A stretch of DNA of 64,000 nt, taken from the NCBI GenBank assembly GCA_951406725.2, contig OX597821.1:20646001-20710000 (forward strand), given 5' to 3'. Made by a program: the position numbers and the translations under genes. The notes under the pieces were generated by a model. The model was not told the origin of the DNA, did not search any database, and saw only the letters and a list, made by a program, of their open reading frames with translations. Below, in pieces: positions 14,573 to 28,882 of the stretch. Source of the stretch: Octopus vulgaris. Lineage: Eukaryota. The stretch's first letter is position 1, and each line of letters begins with the position of its first letter.

Positions 14573-14850
14573 GGGTACAGGATATCACCAACGATGCAAA
14601 TAACGTGAAATATGTAAACAAACGAGGGGAAAGTGAGTGAAATACGTAAACAACGAAAAAAAAAAAGGAAAACAGGACGATTTAACACATGGAAAGGACC
14701 CTTCATTAGTTATCGGCTGTCCATCTGCACCCCATTTTGAGCATTCAACCTGTGCCCTTTTCTAACTTCTCGTCTACGTATTTCACTCAGGTTTCCCTCG
14801 CTTCTTAACGTATTTCATGTTATTTTCACTGTTAAAGACGTCCCGTAGCC
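14573..14850. mobile_element. (TA)n-associated short repeat, family X
   Basis: Shares the GTACAGGA start with 15105-15530, and an A-rich body and CTTCAT(C/T)AG(T/C)T block with both 15105-15530 and 47323-47581. Confidence 0.5.
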
Positions 14851-14881
14851 ATACATGCATGTATGTATGTATGTATGTATG

Positions 14882-14912
<31 letters not shown>

Positions 14913-14920
14913 GTATGTAA

Positions 14921-14960
<40 letters not shown>

Positions 14961-15104
14961 TTTAGAGTAAGTTACATATCACGATTATATATATATATAT
15001 ATATATATAGTGTAATAAATAAAATATATGCATACATACAAACATATATGTACGTACCTACATCTACATGTATATATATACATGCATATATAAATATATA
15101 TACG

Positions 15105-15530
15105 TGTGTACAGGACACCACAAATAGACGTAGAACTCAACGAGAAACGAAAAAGTAAAAACAGCGTCGAACGGGCCATTTTTTTAACAACGAAAAAACA
15201 GAGTACAAGACAACTACACAAGGAAAAATCCCCTTCATCAGCTGTTCCTAGTTCAACTCCAGCGTGTTTCGAAGGTGAGGACAGAACACGTCTCCACGAA
15301 CTAGTCCTTCCTGCGGAAGAATTAAATCAAATTCCTTTGCAGAGGGGTAAAAACAAGGAAACAAATGTGACAAAAACAGGACGTAAAAACAATACAATCA
15401 AAAACAAATACAAAATAAAAATACAATTACAAAATATACAGTACAAGAAGGAATAGAAACAGGACAGGAAAACAAATAATGAGGGCCTATAAGCCTTGAC
15501 GAGGAAAAAAATTTCACGAGCGCAGGAAGA
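15105..15530. mobile_element. (TA)n-associated short repeat, family X
   Basis: Similar to the copies at 14573 and 47323; CCCTTCATCAGCTG at 15231-15244. Confidence 0.5.
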
Positions 15531-15634
15531 AACATTTACTTTATTTTATTTATTACACTATTGTTTGACTGAGCGCCTTCGCGTCGATTCGATTCGATTC
15601 GTTTCGTTTCGTTTAGCTTCTTCTTCTCTAAGCT

Positions 15635-15674
<40 letters not shown>

Positions 15675-15799
15675 ATTCTTCCGTTGATGTTATTGATTCT
15701 CAGAATATAATATATGTACCATTTTACCATAATAATAATAATAATAAAAGTAATAATAGCAATAATAATAATAATGATAACAATAATAATAATAATAAC

Positions 15800-15838
<39 letters not shown>

Positions 15839-15843
15839 CGTTA

Positions 15844-15910
<67 letters not shown>

Positions 15911-16725
15911 TCTGTTTTTGTATCTACAGATAAGGCATTGATTATAAAAATTGTGCGGTATATTCACTTGATAAGATTGAATAACGTTGCGGTGAGAACA
16001 AACAATAAAATAGACAATTAATTGAAAAGTGTTTTAAGAAACAGGAGCCAAATATAAACGTAGCATGAGATATAATTCTATAATGTCACGTTTTGGTTAT
16101 TAAACATGAAGTATATGTCTATATCGATGAAGACAACTCGTGTCTAAGCCGTGCCTCCCCATAAAACTTTATAAGTGAATCTAAGAATCATATATAAAGT
16201 TAGATCCGAATAGCATTTTTTTCTTGTTCATTCATTATTTACGAAAGCATTAATGGAGTTTCTGTTATTAATTGCAGGATTAAACTTATGACACTGCTAC
16301 TTACTCTCCTCAATGGTTTTAATCTATTACCAATCGAACCAGAGAAACATTCTCTCAACATGACATATTTATAGCACTTTTATTTCAGCTCAAGATCCAT
16401 CAAACTCAATATATAATATTTGCCAGATTTTATACAAACCGACGAGGTAGCGGTATCAATGTTGTCGTTCGATTTTAAAGAAATAGTGTAATGCCATCCA
16501 GCCGCATTACAAAAGAATACATACATATTTGGAAGTGCTCAATTCCTAAATACAAATCAGATGATACTCGCTTCGAAGCCCTTTGGTCACGAATCTGTTA
16601 AATCAAGGCAGTTTCGCAACAAGACAGTAAACTCAAAAGCAAGACTCTTTACAAACGTAGGAACAATCTTCATTTGCAAAGAAAGACCCCCCCCCCCGTG
16701 TCATAAACTTTTAAAACTGTACCTC

Positions 16726-16886
16726 TAGGAGTTGCTGTGTGGTAAGTAGCTTGTTTACCAACCACATGGTTCCGGGTTCAGTCCCACTGCGTGGCACCTT
16801 GGGCAAGTGTCTTCTACTATAGCCTCGGTCCGACCAAAGCCTTGTGAGTGGATTTGGTAGACGGAAACTGAAAGAAGTCCGTCGTA

Positions 16887-16970
<84 letters not shown>

Positions 16971-17177
16971 TTGTGTTTCTGTGTTTTCCCCCTAGCATTG
17001 CTTGACAACCGATGCTGGAGTGTTTATATCCCCGTTACTTAGCGGTTCGGCAAAAGAGCCCGATAGAATAAGTACTGGTCTTACAAAAGAATAAGTCCCG
17101 GGGTCGAGTTGCTCGATTAAAGGCGGTGCTTCAGCATGGCCGCAGTCAAATGACTGAAACAAGTAAAAGAGTAAAGA

Positions 17178-17180
<3 letters not shown>
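16726..17180 (+). mobile_element. SINE family 1
   Basis: Same head, internal (TA)n(TG)n tract and tail as 2657-3086. Confidence 0.9.
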
Positions 17181-17245
<65 letters not shown>

Positions 17246-17803
17246 ATGTGTGTGTGTGTAATTAACTGTTCCACTATTTGTCAGATCAACAAAACTATAC
17301 TCTCCAGCAAGATATAAATATCATTTTTAAACACACATGCTACTACAGGTTTCATTTTGCTGCTTGTCCAATATTCGGATATATTTGTATAGCGTGCTGT
17401 GTACTATGCTGTAACTTCCAGGCTCTAAATAAAACATAGCCACTCTGTGAGGAACAGGGAGGAAGAACAAGAGAAAAAAGTAAACGAAAAAAGTAGACGA
17501 TAAAAGGAGTACAGAGGGAAAAGTCACATGTTGGTTTAGTCCATCTGAGTGGAAATTAACTATAATTGAATAGACCTATACCCTACATTGTCTGTGAGAT
17601 AGAATACGGAGAGGCTCGTATCCTTTAGTTCGGTAATTCCAACTTGTCGAGATAACTGTATGTAGTAAAATCTCTGATATGGAATTAAGTAGGTCGGTGT
17701 AATATTTAGATGTAAAATGGAAAAAAGTTGTTTCAGTTATACAAAAGCTACACATCATTGACCCATGAATGTGTGGCTTGATTTGCCCAACCATGTTCTA
17801 CAT

Positions 17804-18140
17804 TAGGGTTTCTCAACCAATTTTTATCTATAGAGCCCTTTGATTATTATTTCATTCTACTGGACCCCAATCGCCATTCGATGCTTAAAAACTCGTTTTA
17901 TAGATATTTCTTTCAAAATTCCTATTTTGTTTTCCACACATTAACTTGAACTATGTAAAATGTTAGAGGAAGAAACGTAGTTGTTTTTCGGAATACATGC
18001 CAATACATACACATAACGCAAATGTTTTCAGACGCCATTAATATATTATTGTGCATCCCCAATTTATTTTGTTATGTGGACCCCAGAAAAATCTTATATG
18101 GCCCCTCACAAGCTATATGGACCTCAGTAGAGAACCATTG
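17804..18140. mobile_element. hAT-type MITE
   Basis: Imperfect TIRs TAGGGTTTCTCAACC / AGTAGAGAACCATTG (CAGTGGTTCTCAAC type). Imperfect 8-bp TSD TTCTACAT/CTCTACTT; internal GGACCCC subrepeats. Confidence 0.65.
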
Positions 18141-19269
18141 CTCTACTTGATGATATATGGGACACTTTTGGCCTTCAGGTTCCAGATATAATTAGCTAAA
18201 TTAGTAGTTTTCTTGTTCACATGCTAGAAAGAGATCTGGCCGTTCGCTTATCGTTCTTAAAATCATTTTCTCGTAGACAAATAGAGATGTTTTTTGAGAT
18301 TCGCTGTTTGTTAAACAGAACGGAACTCAGTTTTGTACACCCGTGAGCACACCTGGAGCAAATATGATGTTGCACCGTCTTAGTAGCTGCCATTTGTAGT
18401 GTTTTGATTCGATGCTTTACTTTAGTAGATTCCTCCTGATTTTAGCCAAAACTATAAGATTTTTTGAACTGAAAATGCTGTCATTGAGGCTAGACTCAAT
18501 CAAATGATGGAATATCATAGAAGCATGAATAACATCTTTAAGAGTCTACTGAAACATTGTTTCTTAAGCCAGTATTAGAAAGGGCTTACGTAAATCCGTC
18601 TATCGGATTTGTGTATATTATACTTTCTTGTCAGCTTGTTTGGTGAATGAATTTAAAGTAGTATTTTAATAGCTCCCGTAATACACTATGCTGCAGATGG
18701 TAACTATAGATTTTTTTTACAATGCTCTTTTTATAGACAGATATCAAAATCAAAAGAATTCTTGTTTCACACAGAGCTACTTGGTGAGCATAAGAGCAAT
18801 TGTATTTCGTGTATTTCAGCTAAATCTTAATGTTGTCTTCGGTTTTACACAGACAGCATACATTCTCTGTAATAGTTAATATATTTACTGTTTTACTGTT
18901 TAATTATATACTTCTAAAATAAGAAACTGATCATAGCTTAAGTACGATCATAAGTCTACTCAGTCAGATGTAACCGAGGGTTAAACAACAAGAACAACAA
19001 CACTATTAGTTTTTTTATTTCTACGCTTGGTATAATGCCACAGATGTACAATCAGTACATTGTAGATTAAATAAATCTTTGTACTTTACAGATACTAAAT
19101 TCAACATCCTTGGACGGATGAAAGGCAAAATTTTCTTCTGCTACATTTGAGCTATTGAATTGTGTGTGTTATCATCAGTATAATAATGAAATTGTGAAGT
19201 TATCGAAATATTTAAGGGAAACACTCAGAGGATATAAGTATGTAATTAGCTCAGAGGAAAGTATAATCC

Positions 19270-19410
19270 CATGACTGTAAGAGAGACCCCATGGGAATCT
19301 ACGCCAGTGAAGGCTTCAATTTAAATAGAAACAATGCAATGTAATTAACTAAGCCTGAACAATTGTTAATTGAGAGATTTTGCAATTAATTATGTGGAAT
19401 AAAGTGAGGA
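19270..19410 (+). repeat. Interspersed repeat, second copy at about 20693-20825
   Basis: Shared GGAATCT..GGCTTCAATTTAAATA..CAATGCAATG..ATTATGTGGAATAAA. Confidence 0.65.
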
Positions 19411-19652
19411 AGGTATAGCATATTTCTCACCAAACACAAGAAATAGTTTCTGGTATTGAGCTATACCCCTTTCCGTTTTGGAAATCAATATCACAGAAGT
19501 CGAGTATCAGTCTACGGAATGGTTTCCATCACTAGTCCTAGAACGTCGGACGCAATTGTTCGCAAGATTACTGAAAACGTGCGTAGCGATGCATTAAAAT
19601 ATTTATAAATTACATACTTGGAGTATTAATATTATTATACAGATAGTCAGAC

Positions 19653-19688
<36 letters not shown>

Positions 19689-19878
19689 GTCAGATATGAT
19701 ATAATTATATATTATATTTTATATTAATATTTCTATTTCCTTGTCTAATTATATTTACTATATATTTTGTATAATGCTTTTACTGTTATGTAATGGTGTA
19801 ATAAAGTATTGATTGAGTATCATCTGATGGTTGATATTTGATTGATTTAAGTATGCTTCTCCATTTTCTAATTTTGTA

Positions 19879-19916
<38 letters not shown>

Positions 19917-21515
19917 GTAAAATAATATGTGACAATTATTCAATAGCCAAGATAAAACTCTGAGTTTCGGATGCCGAAGTGGAAATCCACAACACCATAT
20001 CTCTCTTTCTTTGTTATCTTACCGTTTTTACCAATATATATATATATATATTTGTGTGTGTGTGTATGAATATATGCCTGTGCTTACTTTTATGTCCATC
20101 CAAATATGTGTATACGCGCGTGAGTATGTCAACGTACGTGTGTGAATATATGTTTGTGTCAATGTGTTTGTGTGTTATGTGTGTGTGTGTGTGTGTGTTT
20201 GAACGTGTTTATATAATATTTATCTTACATAAAACTGAGAATTAGAAAAGAACTTTGAGAAACCACGTGACAATAGCAACCTCAAATAGTATATCTGTGC
20301 ATATATATATATGCATACACACACGCACACACTCATATATATATGTATGGACACACAAACACACACACATGCGTATATATCTATATACACACAGGCATAC
20401 ATACGAATATGAACTTAGTGTGTAAGTCCGTATGCGATTATGTACTGGTTCTTTTATCTAGAGTTGTGCATTAACAATGAATCTTGTGGCACTTATTTTC
20501 TTTATACCCGCCTTTGGAACCAGAGTATTGTGCACAAACACGCGCACGCAAACACCCTTACACATATACTACGACTCACTCGCCAGAACCCATATGCATT
20601 CACATGGACAAGTACACACACACACAAGAATTTTTGTTTGCGTGCGCAAATGAACAAAAAAATCCACAAAGGAAAGTATAAATACGCGTTTTAGAGAGGA
20701 GCACCCTAGGAATCTTTGCGTATGGCGGCTTCAATTTAAATATAACCAATGCAATGGTATTAGCTAAACATGAATGGTTGTTAATTAGGTGATTAGGCCT
20801 TTCATTATGTGGAATAAATTGAATAAATTACAGCAAATGTTCCTGCAATAACAACAATTGCAATCGCAACAAGAACATAAACATGAATAAGCATTGAAAG
20901 AAATAATTAAGCTAACAAGATTAACAGTAAAAATATTGATAACCCCTAATAGTGATGACGACAGCAGCTACAAAAACAATATGAATATCGATCTGTAAAC
21001 TTCTCACAAGACCAAAAACTTCTAAGGCTGACATTATGGTCGATTCTATTCACTATGCTCTGTATTACCGAGATGCGTTTCTCATAATTTTTTTGTAGCC
21101 CGAGATAGGAAGGTCGACTTCATAGAGTCTGGAGCACGAAAAGGAAAGAAAGCTAAAATAAGATAAAAATAAAAGAAACTCTACGGTAACAAATTCAGCA
21201 ATCTGGTTAGTCATAGCCATCATCATCATAAATAAAATTATCAGTTGCAGCAGCAACAACAACGGCAACAACAACAATAATAAATACATTCTTCTCTGAT
21301 TTAGACCTAAGGACAATAATTTTGAGATGCAGGTTTTAATCGATAGCATATCGACCTCTGTACCTCAGTGGTACTTTATCACATTGACCCAGGAGGGATG
21401 AAATGAGTGGATGAACAATACCGTAAGGAGCCGAAATAACATCCACCACAAAAACACCAATGCTACTTCTACTAATACTAATACTAATACTAACACATCA
21501 ACAACAACAATAACA

Positions 21516-21581
<66 letters not shown>

Positions 21582-22458
21582 TATAACCCTTTCTACTATA
21601 GACACAAGGCCTGAATTCTTTGGTAAGGAGACTAGTCGATTACATTGATCTGTGTCGTTAATAATAATTGTTTCTAATTTAGGTATAAAAGAAGAAATTT
21701 TAGGGAAATATCTTAGGTGATTGCATTGGCCTTAGAAGATGACTGGTACATCGATCAACACTGCAGGAATGAATGAGCAGTTGATCTAGGAGAATTTCCT
21801 TTCAGATGTGATTTGACCTAAGCACATTCCACAACTGTCGCAGATTTCTGGCATATTACACATTTACCTGTTAGTAGTTTCTACAAGCCATCGTAAGTCA
21901 TCGTACCCGAACCCAAACATGTTTTTGTTTTCTTTAACAACCGACACTGCTTTGTCATCCGTTTCTATATATTCTACTATATTACACATCAATGATAACA
22001 AGTACACCAATAAACAAATTAATTATTTACATAATAATAAAACACCTAAACAATATAGGCATTGTCACTAACACGATCATTACTACGCTTCCTACAACTG
22101 TACTGCTACTGCTACTGCTCCTGCTACTGCTACTACTACTTATACTGCTGTAATCGCAGCTGTAAAATTGCAGAAACATCAGAAAACTGAGTGGAGTGTA
22201 ATAAGTTTCTCTATCGATTGTGTAACATAAATGATACTTGAATTTATCAATCTTTTAAAAATAGGTGTCAAGAAAACATTGACTTTAGCAAAATCTGAAC
22301 TCAAATGTTGGCGAAAGACAAAACAGAGTCGAAAGAAGAGCTACAAGGTAATGTTTTCTGGCGCTCTAAGAGGTTCAACGATTCTGCCATTTGCCCTTTC
22401 ACCGCAATAACAACAACAAATACAACAAGAAGCAGATTCAAACAATTTAATGATTTGT

Positions 22459-23618
22459 AGGTATCAAGGATGAAAATAATGGAAACATCTTAAAATTTCA
22501 AACAAATTAATTTTAATATGGTGTAGGACCGCTTTTGGCAGGAATTACAGCTTGAATTCTACGAGTTATGGTCTCGGCCAAAGTTTGAATTGTTTCCAAA
22601 GGAATTTTTGTGCATTCTTCAGCTAAGACAGTCTCCAGTTATTGTAGTGATCATGGTGGAGGATATCGACTCCTTATTTGTTTTTCTAGAATGTACCATA
22701 AATGTTCAATAATATTGAGATCGGGGGACTGTGGTAGCCAGATAAGCTGTTCACCTTCCCTAGAATGTTCTTCGTGCCATTCAGTAACAACTTTAGCTGT
22801 GTAAATTAGTGCATAATCATCCTGAAAGATTGCATTTCCCTTCGGAAACAGTTCCGCAACTAGACGAAGAATTTGATCAGGTAAAATGCCTAAATAAGCT
22901 TCACTATGAATTCTGCAATGAAAGGAAACCATTGGGCCGGCGGATGCCCGAAATATAGAGCCCCCCACCCACGATCATCACAGATCCTCCTCCAGGTTTA
23001 AAGGGTTGGAAAAATGCAGTCTAGGTCAAATGCTTCTTTTGGCTGTCTCCACATGTATCGGCTGTGGTCGGAAATAAGGTAAAGGATGACTCGTCCGAGG
23101 AAATAGCATTCTTCCACTGCTCTAGGGACCAGTTCTGTAGGTTTTGCAATGTTTATTTTTGAAAGTAGTGGTTTTCTGATTGCAGCCTTCTGTGAAATCC
23201 TGCTGTGTGCAGTTCCCGGCGATCAGTTTTTGTGGAATCTGGGTTCTCGAGGTGGTCATTGACCTCTGTAGTAATTTTGGGAGCTGTACTTTTGTGATCC
23301 TTTCTAACAATTCATGTAAAAGTCCGAGACAGTACTTCCCGATACACCAAACATTTTGGCTGTTTCGTTCTGCTAGCGCCTGCCATATAAGCACCAACAA
23401 TTTGACCTCTTTGAAAGTCCGATAGATCTGTCATTTTAACGAATTTCAATTACCTTTTTCTGGTGACATCTTAAAAAAAAACAGCAATTTTAGCAAAACA
23501 TATTCAGCAACAGTAATAATAAATCTAAAAACATGAAAACGAACAAGCTTTTGACGGTCTTATAGATATTTCAAAATTATGATGCTAGTTGTTTCCATTA
23601 TTTTGTCCAACCTCTGTA
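22459..23618 (-). mobile_element. Decayed Tc1-family DNA transposon
   Basis: Transposase remnants IFQDD and WLPQSPDLNIIEHLW, with frameshifts. TIR core AAAATAATGGAAACA at 22473-22487 is inverted at 23590-23604; right end ..CCAACCTCTGTA. Confidence 0.9.
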
Positions 23619-24394
23619 TCTGTATGTGTGTGTGTGTGTGAGTGTCTGTGTGTTTGTGTGTGTTTTTGTAAGTGTGTAAGTTTGTGTGTGTGCTTGTGCG
23701 TGTGTATGAATATATATACATATATATATTTATATATCTATAATAACTACTCTTTTAAACGGACAGTCACACACGTACACACACTCACACATATTTACGT
23801 ATATACATACATCTTTAATCAGCTTTCCTGTGTGGTGGTCGAAATATCTCACCTGTGTTCTTCATGCGCGGCTTGTAAAAAGCTATCTAATTACAGTTCT
23901 TCGATTTCTTTCCATTAGATCTCCATTACTTCAGGAACAGTCATCTCGATGTTATAAATTCAAACACATTGCAGTTAGACCAGTTTTATCCGCAGGAATC
24001 CATACATAAAATACAGGATCAAAGAACTATTTTGGCAATCCATTTTTTACAATTTGATATGGCGGTGAAACAGAACGGAGGCAAAAATCGATGAAATACC
24101 GCGTTTTCTCTCTGACTGATGAATTATTATGAGACTCTTAAGAAGTTTGTTCAACAAAAATTGATTTTCGTATATGTAAGGTGAACGTAATTTCACGGGA
24201 ACTGAAATTGATTTTCCACGGATCACCCTAGTTTATTTCCGGAAGTAATCATTTCTAATTATTTCTTTCAAAATTCCCTTTCGGAACTATATTACAACAC
24301 TCCTGTTCACACAACCAGTTATAATTATACCTTAACAGATTGAAATTTGTATGGAGAGATGTACTCTATTTTGTTTTCTAAGTTAATGGCCGAA

Positions 24395-24528
24395 AGGTCG
24401 AGTAGGTACATCATTTACATTATTTACATTTGACGGACATTTGTCCTCATAAATATCTGTCAAATGTAAATAATGTAAATAATGTACATAATTCCTCATC
24501 TCTTAAATGTAGAACAGGTCGAGTAGGT
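24395..24528. mobile_element. 108-bp fold-back insertion with 13-bp TSD (Penelope-like mini-insertion)
   Basis: AGGTCGAGTAGGT at 24395-24407 and 24516-24528. Internal inverted arms at 24408-24442 and 24451-24485, plus a 30-bp tail. Confidence 0.75.
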
Positions 24529-24690
24529 GTTTGTGTGTTCATGCCAATTTGTGACTCGATAACTAGCTACAAATAATGGTACATGCGAGTAGCGGTTGTA
24601 GTTCATATGCATGTGTGTGTATGTATATGTGTTTTTCGAACAGAAATATAAATAAATATAATTACTATTAATATTATAATCATTAATGAA

Positions 24691-24908
24691 GGCAACGAAC
24701 TGGCGGAGTCAGTATGTCGGGAAAATACTTGGCGGCATTTCCGTCCGTGAATACTTTCTAGGATCAAATTTTGGTGGGGTCGAATTTGCTTTTCATTGTC
24801 TCAGGAATGCTGAAAATAAGTACCAGTGGAAAAAAGGGGATCGATGTAAACGACCTGCCCCTACGACGAATTTGCCAGCCTCGTGACATAATTTGAAACC
24901 AGTATTAT
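24691..24908 (+). mobile_element. SINE family 2
   Basis: Head, central block and tail ..ATTTGAAACCAGTATT. Confidence 0.75.
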
Positions 24909-25043
24909 GGGAATTTATTTATCGATCCCGAAAGGATGAAAAGCAAAGTTGACCTCTCTGGAATTTGAACACAGAACGTGAAAAGGAACGAAATGCCACT
25001 AAACCTTTCGACCGGCAGCAAACGATTCTGCCAACTCGACGCC
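24909..25043 (-). mobile_element. SINE family 2, inverted, 3' truncated
   Basis: CCCGAAAGGATGAAAAGCAAAG...GAATTTGAAC...GATTCTGCCAACTCGACGCC on the plus strand. Confidence 0.8.
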
Positions 25044-25454
25044 TTATCATTCAAAATAATAAACATATATGAGTAACTCCACAATGTCATAGCTATGACT
25101 GAATCTCTATATTTTAATATTTTTTTTTGTAATTTTATTTACCATTACCTTACATCTAATTAAACATATCTTTAAAATCCAACCATTGTTTCTTCTATGC
25201 AATAACTATTGGATAGTTTCTATATTTTTGTGTCTAATAATGAATTTTTGCTATGTCTAGACCTGCATTTCTAAAACTTGTTTCATGCAAATAAGGAATA
25301 TTATTTTCATACTACGTCAAAACATTTACCATTCAGGATGAGTATTTTCTCACGAAAATATACATTATATAGTAGTAGCCATAACGTTTTGTATGGACAG
25401 CTCTAATACTATTCCGTATAAATAATTCCATAATTAATTAAAAGGTATATTTAA

Positions 25455-25835
25455 AGGCATGGCTGTGTGGTAAAAATTTGCTTCATAAGGTTTCGCGTTC
25501 AGTCCCACAGCGTAGCACCTTGTGCGAAGGTTTTCTTCTATAGCCTCGGGATGACCAAAGCTTTGTGAGTAGATTTGGCTGATGGAAACCTGTCGTGCTC
25601 AAATATGTGTGTGTCCGTCTTTCTGTCTGTTTGTCGTTTATAAAGAAATGAAAACTAGTCTTCGTGCGTTTAGGTCAGTGTAACGCAGCGGTTCAGCAAA
25701 GGATACCAAAAAAGTAATTACCAGGCTTTAAAAAAGATAAGTACTGGGGTTGATTCAGTGGATCAAAATTCAAGGCCGGATGGGGTGGGGATTCCGCAAG
25801 CGGCACATTAATGGCTGAAACTAGTAAAACATTAA
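25455..25835 (+). mobile_element. SINE family 1, diverged
   Basis: TGGCTGTGTGGTAA..GTTCAGTCCCAC..CTTCTATAGCCTCGGG..ATAAGTACTGGGGT. Confidence 0.75.
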
Positions 25836-25994
25836 AATAACAGATATAGTATTAAAACAACAAGTTATTAAAATATTATCGGAAATTTGAGGAGTACAGC
25901 AATAATAAAAGTGAAATTACATTCAATAATCGGCAGATATAACTGCATTACAATCACCGCTAGAAACGATTCTCTCCAAATAGCATTGGCTATA

Positions 25995-26509
25995 TCTATA
26001 TATATAAAACTGTAGTTGTGTGAGTGTCTGTCCCCTTCGATTTAGATTCCTAACTACTCCCACATTTTGCGGTGCAGTTTAACCAAATTCAGGTATCTTA
26101 TAGTTGTGATTCATATCAAGCCCGTCTGGGTATGACCGCGCGTCTACGATGAGTCTACGATTTAAAAAATAATTTAACATCATTTTTTATTCCATTTTAA
26201 TGCATAATTTTTCGTGTGTCGATGGCGGCGGAGTTGGCGTCCATGGTCACACCTGCACCTGTGTTGGCTTCTCCCCCTTCTTCCCTCCCTCGTGAAGCTG
26301 TGGGGAAGGGAGTGTAAGGAAATCAACGTCGTAAAGCGTTGTCAAAGAGACCAGCGTTCTTTTAGAACAACGACTTCATGGCTTGAAGACACCAAAACAG
26401 AAATGGCTAAGAAAGCCCGAATTGGCATCTATAAGGGAAGTAACTCTCTAAAAATGCTTATATAGTTATTTCCCTTACAAACCCGAGCAACGCCGGGCGA
26501 TACTGCTAG
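25995..26509 (+). mobile_element. Non-autonomous Helitron
   Basis: 5' TCTATATATATAAAA; 3' hairpin CCCGAGCAACGCCGGG 8 nt before the terminal CTAG. Inserted between A and T with no TSD. Confidence 0.85.
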
Positions 26510-26820
26510 TCTTCATATAAATTAAAGTACTTATCTTGCGCATACAACTACATCCCCAAACAAAAGTGATGTATTTTTTAAACATATTTTGTGCAATTTT
26601 TTCTGCATTGCACATTTTTATCACTTCTGTTTTAATTTATTTAAGCGTATATTGCCACTCATTTTCAGTTTCTTGTTTCATTCCAGCTAACACTAAAATG
26701 CCACTAATCCTCAATCATTTCCTCCACCATTTGAAAAGGCAGTCTAAGAGAAACTTCGTAGTCAATATCGCAGTAAACAAGCCAATGGTTTACACTACTT
26801 AGAACGTTGTCGCGAGAATG

Positions 26821-26860
<40 letters not shown>

Positions 26861-26891
26861 CATACATAAATACATATATATATATATATAT

Positions 26892-26943
<52 letters not shown>

Positions 26944-27864
26944 GTACGTGTGTATGTATGCATATTTATTTGTATATATGTATGTATATGTAAAATGGTT
27001 GCATGTATTTAGATTACTTAGATAAGTTTCGATCCAAGTTGAGCAAGACCATGTCTAATTTAATAAGACTAACTATATATATATATATATGTATGTATGC
27101 ATGTGCGTGTGTATTACATATACATATATATACATACGCACATATTTGCATTTGTTCAGTTAATTTGATCGCTAATACACACACATAACTATACGTATAA
27201 ATATATATATATATGTGTGTGTGTAAGTGTGTGCGTGAATGTATATATGTATATATATGCGTTGCGTTATAGGTAATTGCACCATTGTGCACGCAGAAAA
27301 GTACTATAATAATAAGGTAAAATACACTACGTTAAAACATTCAAACTATAGAATGTCCTCTAAAAATTTGTATCATTGAACCTTTGTACAGTTGGCAATA
27401 TGTGCACGCTCACACGTGTGTATAGTTGTATGCGTTCATTTGTGTTGTCGGTTATGCCTGCTTATATACATAGGATATTGATAGACGGTGAGAGAGCGAA
27501 AGAGACATTATTTGTGTGTGTGCGTGTCTTTAAGTGTTTGCTCGTGTGTGAAAAGGTGGGTGTGCGTGTAGCTGTGTGTTATCTTTGCATGTGTGACTAA
27601 GCATGAATAGAAGTATTTTAAACGAACTTACTTCAGTAGGTATATTTCACTTTACTTATATTTACGTTAATTGCTACCTGTAGGTCTCTTTCAGATATAC
27701 ACTATATACTTAAGCTCTGTATAATACTTATTATTATCTTTGTATTCTATATTTTATTTTTATTCGCTTACATTCATGGTGTTGTGATTTAACTCAGTGA
27801 GGGATGTATATCTATATCTCTACCTATATACAACACATACACATACGTAAATGTTGATGCATGT

Positions 27865-27899
<35 letters not shown>

Positions 27900-27966
27900 C
27901 ATCTTTATATATATGCATATACATACATAGATAATATACATATATTTATATACATATATATATTTC

Positions 27967-28032
<66 letters not shown>

Positions 28033-28850
28033 GAGAGAGAGAGAGAGAGTTAGAGAGATAAATAGATAGTCAGATAGAAAGTCAGGCAGACAGACAATCA
28101 GACATACAGATAGATAGATAAACAGATGGATAGATAAATAGACAGAGATATAGACAGACAGGCACACAGACAGACACACATATAGAAAGATAGCTAGATA
28201 GACAGAGAGACAGTCAGACCGACAGACAGAGAGACAGACAGAAATATAGATAGATAGATAGATTATGATGGTATATACAAAATGGGAAATATCAATGTTG
28301 CGTATTTCATTTTTCCAGACATTGATATCATAAATTTTCATTCTCTGTGTTATTGCTGTTGTTGTTTCGTTGTTATTCTTATTATTACTACCTTCGTCAT
28401 AATCTCCATCATCATCTGCTACACCAACATTATAATTGTTATATTCTTTAGTTATTATTATGACGAAAAGTACCACCACTATGCCTGCTTCCTCCAACAA
28501 TACACATCTATTTTTATTACAAGGATTGTCTGTAATATTTTTATGAGTAACGTTGCTATCATCCCCATGATTTGCTTTATTATTATTTTTCATATTATTA
28601 TAACTACTATCATTATTTCCTCATATATTTCTTAAATGCAATATTTTTTCCAAAAAAGAACAAATATTTTCATAGAATTCAGATTCACCAATTTACTTCC
28701 CAGCTTCAAAATTCCTTTTATTTTATATCTTCCAGACTCGTCCAAATTCGCATTAAAATATGCTATTATTATAGTTCTTGCAGTTATTATTTATCATACA
28801 GGTATTACTGACGATGGTATATAATTACCTCTATATGAGTATTGAATTTC

Positions 28851-28882
<32 letters not shown>

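Noticed and set aside
17327-17515. Long polypyrimidine tract plus CAG on the minus strand (acceptor at 17445)
   Set aside because: Downstream frames are short and unrecognisable; a possible non-coding exon but unsupported.
19425-19485. Hammerhead-like GGTAT..ATACC-AGAAA hairpin on the minus strand
   Set aside because: No CTGA box and no clear stem I.
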